From the NCBI GenBank assembly GCA_963713045.1, contig CAVQKE010000007.1:320001-384000 (forward strand): DNA of 64,000 nucleotides, in the 5' to 3' direction. A program made the translations under genes and the position numbers. Shown piece by piece: positions 1 through 9,678 of this stretch (positions are counted from its first letter, which is position 1; each line of letters begins with the position of its first letter). A model generated the notes under the pieces. It had not been told where the DNA came from. It did no database searches and was given only the letters and a program-made list of their open reading frames with translations. The DNA comes from an uncultured delta proteobacterium (GTDB taxonomy: Bacteria > Myxococcota > Myxococcia > Myxococcales > Myxococcaceae).

Positions 1-350
1 CCTAGTCGTGAGCGAGCCCGAGCCGATTCGCTTCTGCAGTTGCGGGAAGGAGAGCTGCACCCCGCCCTACCGGCTGACTCCCGGCTCGAGCCCGCGGCTT
101 TACGCGCAGGCGATTCGAGGCCCTGGTGATCGCCGGCGTCCCGTTGCACTTGGCTGCCGACGCCGAGGCCGACGAAGCGCTCCTGAAGGGCCTGCAGGCC
201 GTCGAGAGGGCGCAGAAGAGGCGGCCGGTGAAGTCGTGGGGCGCGGCGAGGCTGTCCCTCGTGCCTCCGCTCGCCTAATGCGGGCCAAGCCACGCATTAG
301 AATTATTCACTTGCAAACGCTATGATAATCCGGGGTGGCCGTGGTTCCTT

Positions 351-551
351 ATGCGCATGACACCAGCAACCCAAGACACCCCCGTCGGAGCCGAGACCGT
401 GCGGAGGTTCACCCTCGATTTGAAGGGCGACCTCCTCTCGAACCTACTCCGCGCCGCATCGGCCGACCTCGCCCAAAGGGGCCGGTATTCCCTCTCAGCG
501 ACGATCACGCGCCTCCTCGAGGAGAGACTCGCCGAGGTGACGTCGCGATGA
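351..551 (+). CDS. Small DNA-binding protein, ribbon-helix-helix-like
   Basis: 66 aa with RRFTLDL strand followed by two helices (SLSATITRLLEERL); ATGA overlap with the next ORF; AT-rich promoter-like stretch at about 295-330. Confidence 0.55.
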   Translation: MRMTPATQDTPVGAETVRRFTLDLKGDLLSNLLRAASADLAQRGRYSLSATITRLLEERLAEVTSR

Positions 552-1625
552 AGGCCGATCCCCGTCGAGAGGTGTTCCGCACCATCGCCCGCCAGCAGGT
601 CAGCGGCGCCGAGCTTTTCCGGAAGGGTGAGGCCGCGGTCGACGAGCTTGTCGAGCGCATGGTTCAGAACGACGACGCCCGCACCGCGCAGGCCGCAACC
701 GAGGCCGCCGAGGCTCGCGACATAAAGGTGCAGGTCCCCGCCGCGGTGGCAGTCGCAAAGCAAATGGGCGTCAGTCCAGCCGGTGCCGTGCAACGCATCG
801 TCGACGAGTCCGCGGCGGCCGAGCCGGTCGCCACCAGCGCGGCGGTCGCGATCCCCTACCACCGACCGCGAGACCGTGCGCCTGCAGCGCCATGAGCGCA
901 TGCGGGCCTTGCACCGCACCGGGTCGCTCTACTTCGGCGACCTGAAAGAGGTCGTCCCTGAGTCCACGACGGTCCTGCTCGGGAGCGACAAGTCGATCAC
1001 AATCGAAAACGCCGCCGACGGCCTTCACCGCGCCGGCTGGGACCCTCTCGCAGGCTTCATTCGGGACCGCGCCACCCTCGACGCCGCTCCGAGCACCGTC
1101 CAGCCGAAGCGCGCCCTCAGCGGCGACGTGACGTCCCTACTCGTGATCGACCTCGCGGCCTCCTGCCTCTTCGCCGTCCGCATGGCAGGCGATCCCGGAC
1201 ACGCCGCCGGCGGGGAACTCATCCAAGCGAACGGCCGACTCTTCCCCGTCGGTCGGGCCCCGCGTGGTCTTTCCGGCCCGGCCCGACGCAAGGTGGACCC
1301 GAGCCTCGCGGTCTCATCCCCGTCCGTCTCCATCGCCGTCTACGCAGGTAACGCCACGACGAAGCGTCTCTCCGACGGCCTCGACATTCTCGGACACGGG
1401 AGCTTCATCCCCGTGGCGGGGTACGTGGAGCTAGCGACGGGAGAGGCCGGCCCCCTTGTGCAGTGGGGCGCGCCTTTCTGGTTCCCGGACTTCGACGGGT
1501 TCGAGGATTGGTGGTCGTACGACGGCGAGGGAAACAAGACCCTCTCCCGCCGCATGGGGGCCACGCCTCCGCAGTGGAACCGCCCCGGACCGGCTCCGGA
1601 GTGGCTGCAGAAGATCGCCGCGTAA
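548..1625 (+). CDS. Hypothetical element protein (two ORFs, 548-895 and about 860-1625, possibly one gene split at CCCC 853-856)
   Basis: ATG at 548 overlaps the previous stop; removing one C joins ...AAVAIP to TTDRETVRLQR... Confidence 0.5.
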
Positions 1626-1679
1626 AGCTGAACAAACCCCGCAGCACGCTCCGCATACCGCGGCGCAAAGGCCGTTGCC

Positions 1680-1952
1680 GTGCCCGTAGATCTCGCAGGT
1701 TTGCAGTTTCTCGAAGTGGCGACCGCACTACACCCCCGGGGTCAGGGAGAGACGCGGATTCTTGCCCGCCGCGGAGGGCTCAACACCTTCCGCAGTCGGC
1801 ACACTGAAGTCCCGGCCTGGCCCGGTGCTCCCGTGCATCGCGGCGGACGAATCCTCTTCGGCACCACGTCGAGGCTCGATTACGAGCTTCTCGCCGAGAC
1901 CTTCGAGGCGCTCGCGAAGAAGATGCGCGCCGTCCTCGCGAGCACGCCATGA
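1680..1952 (+). CDS. Hypothetical protein
   Basis: 90 aa ORF; its stop overlaps the primase ATG at 1949. Confidence 0.5.
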   Translation: MPVDLAGLQFLEVATALHPRGQGETRILARRGGLNTFRSRHTEVPAWPGAPVHRGGRILFGTTSRLDYELLAETFEALAKKMRAVLASTP

Positions 1953-4226
1953 GCTACACGAATCTCGATCGTCAACAACACGGATCCCAAGGTCGTCGAG
2001 GTGCGGACCTGCGCCGACCTCGAAGCCTTGGCTGCGGTCGTGTCCACTTGCGACTGGTGTCCGGGCGTCTTCAGCGATGGACACCGGCACAAGAGTAGCT
2101 TCGCCCACTCCGACTTAATCGTCTTCGACGTCGACGACGGCTTGACCGCCGACGAAGCGCAGAAACGCCTGGACGCCGCCGAGCTGTCCTATCTGCTGCT
2201 CCTCTCGAAGTCGCACGGGATCCCCAAGGGTGACAAGCCGGCGTGCGACAGGTTCAGGATTGTCCTCCCCGCCGAGCGCCGGATCACCTCCTTGGAGGAC
2301 CACGCGGCGACGTGGGCGTCCTGGTACGAGGACGTGCTCCCCGAGGCCGACACGAAAGCGAAGGACGCCGCGCGTTTCTTCTACGCGAGCCCGAAGGGCT
2401 GGACGGGAAACACGGGCAAGCCGGCCACGGTGCTGTCGACCGACGCGCCGTCCGCGAAGCAGCCCCCGCCCACAATGGAGGAAGCCGAGGCTCGACTCGC
2501 TCCGTGGCCCTTGTCCGAGCGGGTTCGCCGGGCCGAGGTCCGCCTCGAGGCACTCGTAAAGAAGGGCGTCCTCGCGGTCGAAGGGGACCGGGACAGCAAG
2601 ACGATTCGGATTGCCCGCGCCATCGGCCACGACTTCGGGCTCGGGTCGGCGATCGCGACCGACCTGCTCTGGCGCGGGTGGATTCCGCACTGCCCCCACC
2701 CGTGGCCATTGAAGGACGACCCCAAGGGGGAAGACCTCACGACGAAGGTCGAGAACGCGCTCGACACATACACGCCCGATCACGCCTACGGGTACGAGCT
2801 TCTGTTGACCGCGCCGGCGGACCTGAAGGCGAAGCTCGAAGCCGGGGGCGCCGAGGTGCCCGAGCTCGAGGACGGCCGCCCGGCCTTGAGCATTCCCCCC
2901 TTCCCGCAGAAGGACTGGGACGAGGTGGTGCTCGGCAACAACACCGTGCCCGTGCTGAACGAGCGCTTCCGTGTGCTGCGCGCAAAGGAAGGGCCCCCCA
3001 CTCGGATCACGATTAAGGTGGACGATTGGAATCAGGCGCAAGCCCTCCCCGACGACGAGCCCGAGCTGATCTCGTACCTCGTCGGACGGTACGCCGACGC
3101 GGGTGTGCGGCTCAAAAAGAAGGTGATCCTCGACTCGGTCTTCTACTGGCGCGCCCACGCCGAGCCCCTGGCCGAGGAGCCCCTCCCGCTCACGTACGAG
3201 GGCGACCCACGCCTCTCGTTCTGTCGTCTGCCGTGGACGCCGGCCGAGGGCGAATGGGCGGCCTGGAAGGAGTTCACCTCGAGGTGCAGCGACCCTGAAT
3301 TAGTCATGGCCTATGTGGGCGCGTGCTTCACCCCTGAAAACGAAACCCGTCAGGCCCTCGTGCTCCGCGGCGATGGCGAGGACGGGAAGTCGACGGCGAT
3401 CGGTGTGCTGGTGGGCGCACTCGGAAGCGGAGGGGGGTCGATTAACGACATTTCGGTGACCGAGACGAAGCGCTTCCTCCTCTCGTCCCTGTACGGGACG
3501 CGAGTCGTCGCCTATCCCGATTGCAAGGTTGAGAAGTTCTGTCTGACCTCGGTCTTCCGGTCGCTTGTCTCCGGTGACCTTGTGCCGATCGAGTTCAAAA
3601 TGGCGGGTGCGTTCAAGGCTCAGATGCGATGCAAGCTGATCATCGGCACGAATGAGCACCTACAGGTTGCCAGTACCCGCGCGGATCAAAGTCGGGTGCT
3701 TCTCGTCGAAGTCGCACCGTCGAAGAACACGGACGATCCTAGCTGGAAGCTGCGGCTCCGCGAGCAGCTCCCGGCCTTCGTCTTCGAGTGCCTGAAGGCG
3801 TACGCCCGCCGGTGCCCCAATCACGGGAAACTCGACGTCGGCGAGGTCGTGTCCGAAGAGGTGCAAGCGGCGGCCGAGGATTCGAGGCCCGCTTTTCGGA
3901 CGAGATCCCGAAAGCTGTACGCCTGCGCCCCCGCCCGCCGTCTGTATAAATCCGAACTCCGCGCGGGCCTCGCTCAGAACGGCGTGCGCGTGGACGTGGA
4001 TCAGTACATTGGCCGCGCCGTGGCTTGGCTCGCGAGTCGAGGCGTCGCCCAGCGGTGGGACAAGGCCCGAAGCACGCGCTACTTCGACGGCCTCTGCCCT
4101 CGTTACCTCCTCGACAAGCGAGACGCCTGGGGGTTCCCGGCCATCCTCGACGGGCACGAAATCGGGGCGCCCATCCACACGTCCCGCGAACTCTGGCAGG
4201 CCACCTTCGCGGAGGCCGCGCCGTGA
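1949..4226 (+). CDS. Primase-polymerase (AEP-like) fused to SF3/D5-like helicase; probable +1 indel near 1958
   Basis: LIVFDVDDG, SKSHG and RFRIVLP primase-type motifs; Walker A RGDGEDGKST; LIIGTN motif C; the coupled ATG at 1949 is one base out of frame with the 2001-4226 ORF. Confidence 0.85.
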
Positions 4227-4414
4227 CCCGCGCGGCAGGGAACACCTGGACCCACGAAACCCTCGGCGCCGTGTTGCGGCGATGGGTGCCCCTCGGGACC
4301 GCGTGCTCCGTCCTTCAAACCGACGGGGCCGGGGTTGTGCGGCAAGCCTCCGAGGTGTGGTGCCTCCTGGGGATCTGGACCCTCCTCGTCCCGCCCCCGA
4401 AGTTCCGGTCGTGA
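4223..4414 (+). CDS. Hypothetical protein
   Basis: GTGA overlaps at both ends in the coupled gene string. Confidence 0.45.
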   Translation: MTRAAGNTWTHETLGAVLRRWVPLGTACSVLQTDGAGVVRQASEVWCLLGIWTLLVPPPKFRS

Positions 4415-4623
4415 TCTCCGAGAAGCTGCGCGAGCGCGTCCTCAGCATCCTCGAGACGCCCACCAGCGCCGTCGGGATTTGCCGTCGCTTGTGGGGAGGC
4501 TGGGACCCCGACGACCGACCGGACCTCGTGCGGGCCGTACTCCTTCAACTCGAGCGCGAGGGCCGGGTCGTGGCGTTGAAGGACGCGGCCAAGGTCCGGA
4601 CCGGGCTGTGGGTGCTGGCATGA
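4411..4623 (+). CDS. Small winged-helix-like protein
   Basis: RERVLSILETPTSAVGICRRL...VRAVLLQLEREGRV pattern; coupled overlaps. Confidence 0.5.
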   Translation: MISEKLRERVLSILETPTSAVGICRRLWGGWDPDDRPDLVRAVLLQLEREGRVVALKDAAKVRTGLWVLA

Positions 4624-4979
4624 CCGCGCAGCGTTGCTCCGCTTGCCAAGCGACGAAGCCCCTCGAGGCGTTCGCCGTGGACAGCCGACGGCCCGGGGGG
4701 CGGCGTTCGCGTTGTCGTGCCTGCACCTTGGCCCAGCGCCGAGCCCGAAAGGCCGAGGGGAGGTGCCCCATCCACGGCCGAGCGGTGATCCCCGGCCTCA
4801 CCGCCCGGTGCGGCCGTTGCGTGCGAGATTCTTTCCGCCGCTACGACGAGCGAAAGGCCGTCGGGACGTGCGTCGCCCATGCGTCCAGGCGGGCCGTAGC
4901 GGGCCGTACGCGGTGCCGGGAGTGCCTCGGGTACCTGCGGACGTGGAGTCGCCGCAAACGGGGCCCCGCAGCTTCCTAG
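4620..4979 (+). CDS. Cys-rich basic zinc-finger protein
   Basis: CSAC, CRAC, CPIH, CGRC, CVAH and CREC; the N-terminus resembles the Zn-finger arms of phage HNH/EndoVII proteins but no nuclease core is evident. Confidence 0.6.
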   Translation: MTAQRCSACQATKPLEAFAVDSRRPGGRRSRCRACTLAQRRARKAEGRCPIHGRAVIPGLTARCGRCVRDSFRRYDERKAVGTCVAHASRRAVAGRTRCRECLGYLRTWSRRKRGPAAS

Positions 4980-5048
4980 AGTCGTCGGGCCTCTGTGGTC
5001 GAGATCGCGACCGCTGGCCCGCGGCCCCTGGACGCTCCGGGCACCCCA

Positions 5049-5334
5049 GAATCAACTGAAGCCGGCCGGGGGTGGTTGATCCCGTCGGTTGATCCGCGAG
5101 TTTCAGAGGGGGAATCAACAGACACAGCCGAATCACCCTTTTTGGGGCTACTACTCCACACCCCACGGCGCCGCACCGCATGTCCCGTCCAGGCCGCCCA
5201 ACGCCGCCGCGGCTTCGCCCCGCCTTAAAGCAATTCCTATTGATCCCCCTCTCCTCTTGATTCTCTTGATTCTGTTGATTCTTGAGAGTGAAGAAGAGGA
5301 ATCAACCGACAGGATCAACCGACCCGGAATCAAC
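5049..5334. repeat. Cluster of about 12 GRATCAAC-like octamers in both orientations (candidate replication origin)
   Basis: Forward copies at 5049, 5112, 5130 (variant), 5299, 5312, 5327; reverse copies at 5075, 5088, 5239, 5256, 5265, 5274 (some with a variant end base). Confidence 0.75.
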
Positions 5335-5802
5335 CGAGCCTCGGAGCACGCCCCCGGGACGCCGTGGACGGTGGTCGCGAAGTCGGGGACAGAGGCCGCG
5401 CCGGGTTCCGTTGGGGTTCCGTCTTGGGTGTGGATAGGTCGACCTCCGCGTGTCCGGACAAGCCCGCCCCACCCTGCGACAGTGCACCAGACTGGGGAGT
5501 CTGGCGCCTAACTGAGGAACGCCGCGGGGATGCGTGGTCGTGGGCACGAATCGCGCTCCACATGCGTCCGCTCGAGGGCCGCCGGCCGGGGGACGTCGAG
5601 GCCCGGCGGCCCTTTTTCTGAGGGGGACGGCCGGCGGCGGGGGTGACAACCCCAACAAAACCCACCCCCCAGAAACAAATGGAAGGAATCCCCAAGCGAC
5701 CTCGGCCCGACCGCGAAAGTCGACGCACCGTGTCCATGGTCGCAGTCCATGTAAATCAGGCATACCTAGGCAAAATGGAAGGAATTGTGTAAGCATGAAA
5801 AC

Positions 5803-6162
5803 GTGAAGAAGCCGACTCTGACCGCGCTCAACGTGCAACGCCTGTTCGCGGAGCTGACCCCGAAGGCCCTGGAGCGGCTGGAAGCCCTCCTCGACAGCCC
5901 GAACAACACGGTCAAGCTCGCCGCGATTCAAACAGCGCTCGCGTACGCCTGGGGCCGCCCGAAGACGACGGCCGAAATTTCGGTCACCCACGACGAGACC
6001 GACAAGCTCGCGCAGCGCAAGACCCTGCGGAAGATGATTCGCGCGCGCCCCGAGCTTGCCGACGTCGCTGCGGACATGCTCCTGCCGTCCGTCACCCACC
6101 GCAACGCGCTCGAGGCCGGCCCCGTGGTGGTCCTCGAAGACGTCGCACCCTCGGAGCACTGA
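5803..6162 (+). CDS. Terminase small subunit-like / DUF5681-like phage protein
   Basis: PKALERLEALLDS...KLAAIQTALAYAWGRPK pattern, typical of this phage helical family. Confidence 0.55.
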   Translation: MKKPTLTALNVQRLFAELTPKALERLEALLDSPNNTVKLAAIQTALAYAWGRPKTTAEISVTHDETDKLAQRKTLRKMIRARPELADVAADMLLPSVTHRNALEAGPVVVLEDVAPSEH

Positions 6163-6166
6163 CCCC

Positions 6167-6415
6167 GTGCCCCGTGGCCGGACAAATTCCGAGGACAGGT
6201 TCGCCGGGCTAAACGCGGTCCGTGCCGCCCTGGCCGAACCCCGGGCCGTGGCGGACGTGGCCGCGGAACTCGGGCTTCCCGTGGGCACCATCCACGGCCG
6301 GATCAAGGCGTTGCAGGCCGAGGGCTTCGTGATCGCGCAAGTCGGCGTTCAGCGCCGTGGCCGCCGCGGGGCCGTGACACCCATGCTCATGCTTACGAAG
6401 GAGCCGACGCCGTGA
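6167..6415 (+). CDS. Winged HTH DNA-binding protein
   Basis: VADVAAELGLPVGTIHGRIKALQAEGFV. Confidence 0.65.
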   Translation: MPRGRTNSEDRFAGLNAVRAALAEPRAVADVAAELGLPVGTIHGRIKALQAEGFVIAQVGVQRRGRRGAVTPMLMLTKEPTP

Positions 6416-6726
6416 CCTACCCCAGAGGCCCTATGTCTAGAATGCGAGCGGAGACGTGGGGCGTCGGCACGTCCGCGCCAGCCTCCTTAAAAAACCAGGA
6501 GGCAAGCCCGGGGCCGGTCCCCGTGCCAGTGCCCCCCGTGGCCGAGCCCTGGACGGCCGAGGACGTGCGGCGCGCGTGCCGTGCGGAGATCCCGGCGATG
6601 CTTCGCAGTCCACACCCCGAGGTGCGCGAATACGTCCTCGATTGCCTCGCCGACTTCACCTTCGACGCACTCGAACGGCTTTTCACCCCCGACGAGCTGC
6701 GCGACCTCTTCCCCGCAGTCCCGTAG
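6412..6726 (+). CDS. Hypothetical protein
   Basis: 104 aa ORF with GTGA overlap. Confidence 0.5.
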   Translation: MTYPRGPMSRMRAETWGVGTSAPASLKNQEASPGPVPVPVPPVAEPWTAEDVRRACRAEIPAMLRSPHPEVREYVLDCLADFTFDALERLFTPDELRDLFPAVP

Positions 6727-6740
6727 CAAAAGGAAACGCC

Positions 6741-7112
6741 GTGCTCTACCCCCTCGCAGCGAACACAAACTTCTTAACCGGCGACGCCGTGGCGCTTAAC
6801 GCCTCCGGCCTCGCCGTCGTTCCCACCGCGACCACGGGCCTCGTGGCCATCGGCATCGCGCAGTCCGGTGCACTTACCGCCGACGCGGCCGGAAACGCGC
6901 CAGCGTTCACCAGCCCCGGCATAGAAGCCCGCCCAGGCGCCGCCCTCTTCACGAATAGCGGGACGCACGCCTGCAGCGGCGGCGACGTCGGAAACCCGGC
7001 CTACTTCGAGGGCGCGGGCGTCGTCGGGAACAACGCGACGGGCAAGAGCGCGGCCGGACGAATCCTCGCCATCATCGGCGGACAAGTCCTCGTCTTCGTC
7101 GGCCTCACCTAA
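6741..7112 (+). CDS. Capsid cement/decoration-like protein (Mu-like, DUF2190-type)
   Basis: AAGGA RBS then GTG; YPLAAN..GDAVALNASGLAV...F.NSG...DVG.PAY...SAAGRI pattern. Confidence 0.6.
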   Translation: MLYPLAANTNFLTGDAVALNASGLAVVPTATTGLVAIGIAQSGALTADAAGNAPAFTSPGIEARPGAALFTNSGTHACSGGDVGNPAYFEGAGVVGNNATGKSAAGRILAIIGGQVLVFVGLT

Positions 7113-7475
7113 AGCGGGTCCTCGCCCGGGGTCGCTGTCCTCGGGTTTCCTCCCGCCAGCGGTCCGGGTGGTACCGGGCCGTGACGGCTGTCATTGGCCG
7201 GGGGCGGTCTCGGACGGGATTCCGCGGCCGCCTCGAACTTCTCCAAGTCCGCGACGCTGGACGCTGCCTTCCTCGCCAGTCGTGCCTTAGGCTTCAAGGT
7301 GGCAACGGAGCGGATCCCCCCATCGCCCCGTCGTCCTCGCGCCCGGCTCGCCTACTCGGGGGCCGCGGCCGCGGGCATCTGCGACCCCCCTGCTGGGTAA
7401 GCAGGCCTGTCGCACACCGCACAGGCGTTTCGTTGGTAGGCTGGGGGATCCCTGGCTATACCTGAGGGTAGGCCG

Positions 7476-7823
7476 ATGGCAGAACCGCTCAACATCCAAA
7501 TCCAGACCGTGCCGACCGAAGAGGCAATTCGCCGCCCTCCGGTGTACGTGAACTCGTGCCAGATCGTAGGTGACGCAAACGGGCACACTCTTTACCTCTT
7601 CGCGACGCCGCCGGACGCGATCCAGCTAGCCGCGGTGCGCTCCAAGGTCGGTGCGCCGCAGCAACCGGGCGCCGCGATTCAGTTTGAAATGGAGCCGGTC
7701 GCCAAGGTGTTCCTCTCTCCGACCTTCATGGGACAGCTCGTTCAGGTACTCGCCACGCAAATGAGGAACTCGCAAGAGCTGCGCGCAGCATTCGAGCGCC
7801 TAGCCAAGGGGGGAACGCAATGA
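7476..7823 (+). CDS. DUF3467-like protein
   Basis: PVYVN...LYLFATPP...VAKVFLSP.FM..L...L pattern; GAGGG RBS; ATGA overlap with the next ORF. Confidence 0.6.
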   Translation: MAEPLNIQIQTVPTEEAIRRPPVYVNSCQIVGDANGHTLYLFATPPDAIQLAAVRSKVGAPQQPGAAIQFEMEPVAKVFLSPTFMGQLVQVLATQMRNSQELRAAFERLAKGGTQ

Positions 7824-8704
7824 TCGAGCTGATGCGACTTCAGGACGAACGGTACGATCAGCGGTTCAAAACGCCGATCGCCTTCGATTACGTCTCCGCC
7901 CCGCCCACCCCGGTGAAAGCGGAAGTCTCGAATCCGCGGCTGTCCGATCCGTTGGTCCTCCAGTACCTCACTTTTGCGATCGAGCGCCTCAAGAGCGTTC
8001 CGCAGGAGAACCCGCTTTGGGACCTATACGCGCGCGGCTTGAAGGTGACCTTCGACCTCGCTGACTCGACGTTTCGTCCGCAGAAGCTCGCCGTTGAGTC
8101 CACTGGCGAAACAGAGATGCTGTTCTCCCTCTTTGGCTTCGAGAAGCGCGGCGCCGATATTTGGGTGGACGCCGAGAGTGAGGCCGTGCTGTTCGTTCCC
8201 ATGGTCGCAGGGAAGGTCGAGAAGGAGCGTCGGATCCCCTCTGGCGCTGGAATGAGATCGCTAGCTGGTTGGCTGGAACGACTCAGGCGCCTCCTCTTTA
8301 GGCGCTCGCTCGTGCCTGAGGAGTCCGACCGCGTGTTTCGGGGCTACCGCGCTGGACACGTCGTCAAGGAACACGGACAGACTCGTCTGAGCAGCGGTCT
8401 CTTCCGCGACTCGAACGGGGTCTCGGTTTACGACGGCGCGCTCTGTACCGCCGAGGTCGTGCTCGCCAGTCTTCAGCGCAGTGGGGCGACCTGGGGCCTC
8501 GTTACCGTTACGAAGCAGAAACTCGCCGACCTAGGCGCGACCTTGACCGTGAACGTGCAAGGCGCCGATGCGGACGACCCGGCGCGAGAGGCGCACTGTT
8601 TGCTGAAACTCCCGAAGAAGGGGGTCGCGGCAGAACTTGCGGCATGCGCTCTCGTCCACTTCCACGCTCCGGGGGCTGAGTACATCCCGACCGAGCTGCA
8701 GTAG
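7820..8704 (+). CDS. Two-domain ORF: N-terminal unknown (putative antitoxin) plus C-terminal putative ADP-ribosyltransferase-fold toxin; may be two overlapping genes (7820-8301 and 8252-8704)
   Basis: C-terminal RVFRGY..SSGLF..GVSVY..DDPAREAHCLL; adding one C at CCCC 8236-8239 would end the first half IPLWRWNEIASWLAGTTQAPPL* while an ATG at 8252 starts the second. Confidence 0.5.
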   Translation: MIELMRLQDERYDQRFKTPIAFDYVSAPPTPVKAEVSNPRLSDPLVLQYLTFAIERLKSVPQENPLWDLYARGLKVTFDLADSTFRPQKLAVESTGETEMLFSLFGFEKRGADIWVDAESEAVLFVPMVAGKVEKERRIPSGAGMRSLAGWLERLRRLLFRRSLVPEESDRVFRGYRAGHVVKEHGQTRLSSGLFRDSNGVSVYDGALCTAEVVLASLQRSGATWGLVTVTKQKLADLGATLTVNVQGADADDPAREAHCLLKLPKKGVAAELAACALVHFHAPGAEYIPTELQ

Positions 8705-8746
8705 GCAAAAGAAGAGGCCCCGGTCGACTGCCCCTGGCAGCCGCGG

Positions 8747-9086
8747 TCAGTTGTGTGGCGGTGGCAGCGCGCCCATGGGCGGGCAGTGGTAGTCGCAGCA
8801 GTTGCCGACGAGAGGCTTGCTGACCGCAAAAGCGCCGTATTGGTTCCCCGTGGCATACGCGGTGCTCCCGTAGACCTGTTCCGCGCATCGGAGGATCTGC
8901 GGGCACGCTCGAGCCAACGCACACCTTCGCGGCCTCTTCGTTGAGCGTGTTCATGTCGGCGTGCTTGTTGCCGCAGACCGTGAAAACTCCGGTCTGATAA
9001 TCCCGGGCGGCCACGTGGGCGCTTGCGCATCCGACGACTAGGCCCAGCAGTCCAGCGCCCACGACGAGAAGCGTCTTCCGCGTCAT
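8747..9086 (-). CDS. Cys-rich lipoprotein, frameshifted near 8901-8903
   Basis: MTRKTLLVVGAGLLGLVVGC lipobox; removing one base gives ...VPQILRCAEQVYG...GNCCDYHCPPMGALPPPHN*. Confidence 0.6.
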
Positions 9087-9192
9087 TCCCACCCCCGCGA
9101 CGGAGCCTAGCGCAAACGAAAGTCCCGGCGCCTGTACGAGCACGCCGGGGCATCGGGCCTCATGCGCTTGCGAAGGCCTACCGCTCACGGCC

Positions 9193-9537
9193 TTAAACGC
9201 GCCGTCTCTCATCAGCGAGAATGTCGTTGCACAAGTCGACGCAATCGTCGCAGATAAAGAGCGGCGGTGGGCCTGGAGGACCCGCAATCAAATGAGCTAC
9301 CCGCTCCAGTGAAGCCCCGCAGAAGGAGCAGTGCGCCTCGTTGTTCGTCTCGGGCGTGGCGGCTCCCCCCTCCTGGCCTTGTTTGGCCAAGATGCCATTA
9401 CAGAGGCCTATACACTCATCGCAGATGTACACGACGGGTCCGTTCTCGCCCGCGCCGGCTCCGGCAACGAGTTTCTTCACGTCCTTTTGGTGCTTCCCGC
9501 AGAACGAGCAACTGAGGCCCATTGTCCTTCCTGCCAT
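9193..9537 (-). CDS. Stand-alone protein of two tandem ClpX C4-type zinc-binding domains
   Basis: [23 protein letters not shown] and [20 protein letters not shown]; no AAA+ domain. Confidence 0.85.
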   Translation of the reverse strand: MAGRTMGLSCSFCGKHQKDVKKLVAGAGAGENGPVVYICDECIGLCNGILAKQGQEGGAATPETNNEAHCSFCGASLERVAHLIAGPPGPPPLFICDDCVDLCNDILADERRRV

Positions 9538-9678
9538 GTCAGCTCTCCAGCGACCGGACTCACCGCCCTGCCGACGCTAGCCGCCCGGCCCTCGGGATGG
9601 GAGGGCGAGCCCTTCCCTTGCAAACTGCGGACGCAATACGGACGCATGAAGAGGTGCCATCCTCTGAACGACCCGAAA

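Noticed and set aside
8..325. ORFs at the window start
   Set aside because: Arg/Pro-rich with no motif support; cannot be assessed without upstream sequence
5049..5334. CRISPR array
   Set aside because: The repeats are 8 bp, irregularly spaced and in both orientations; no cas genes are present
5089..5511. 140 aa ORF with LLILLILLIL
   Set aside because: A translation artefact of the octamer repeats
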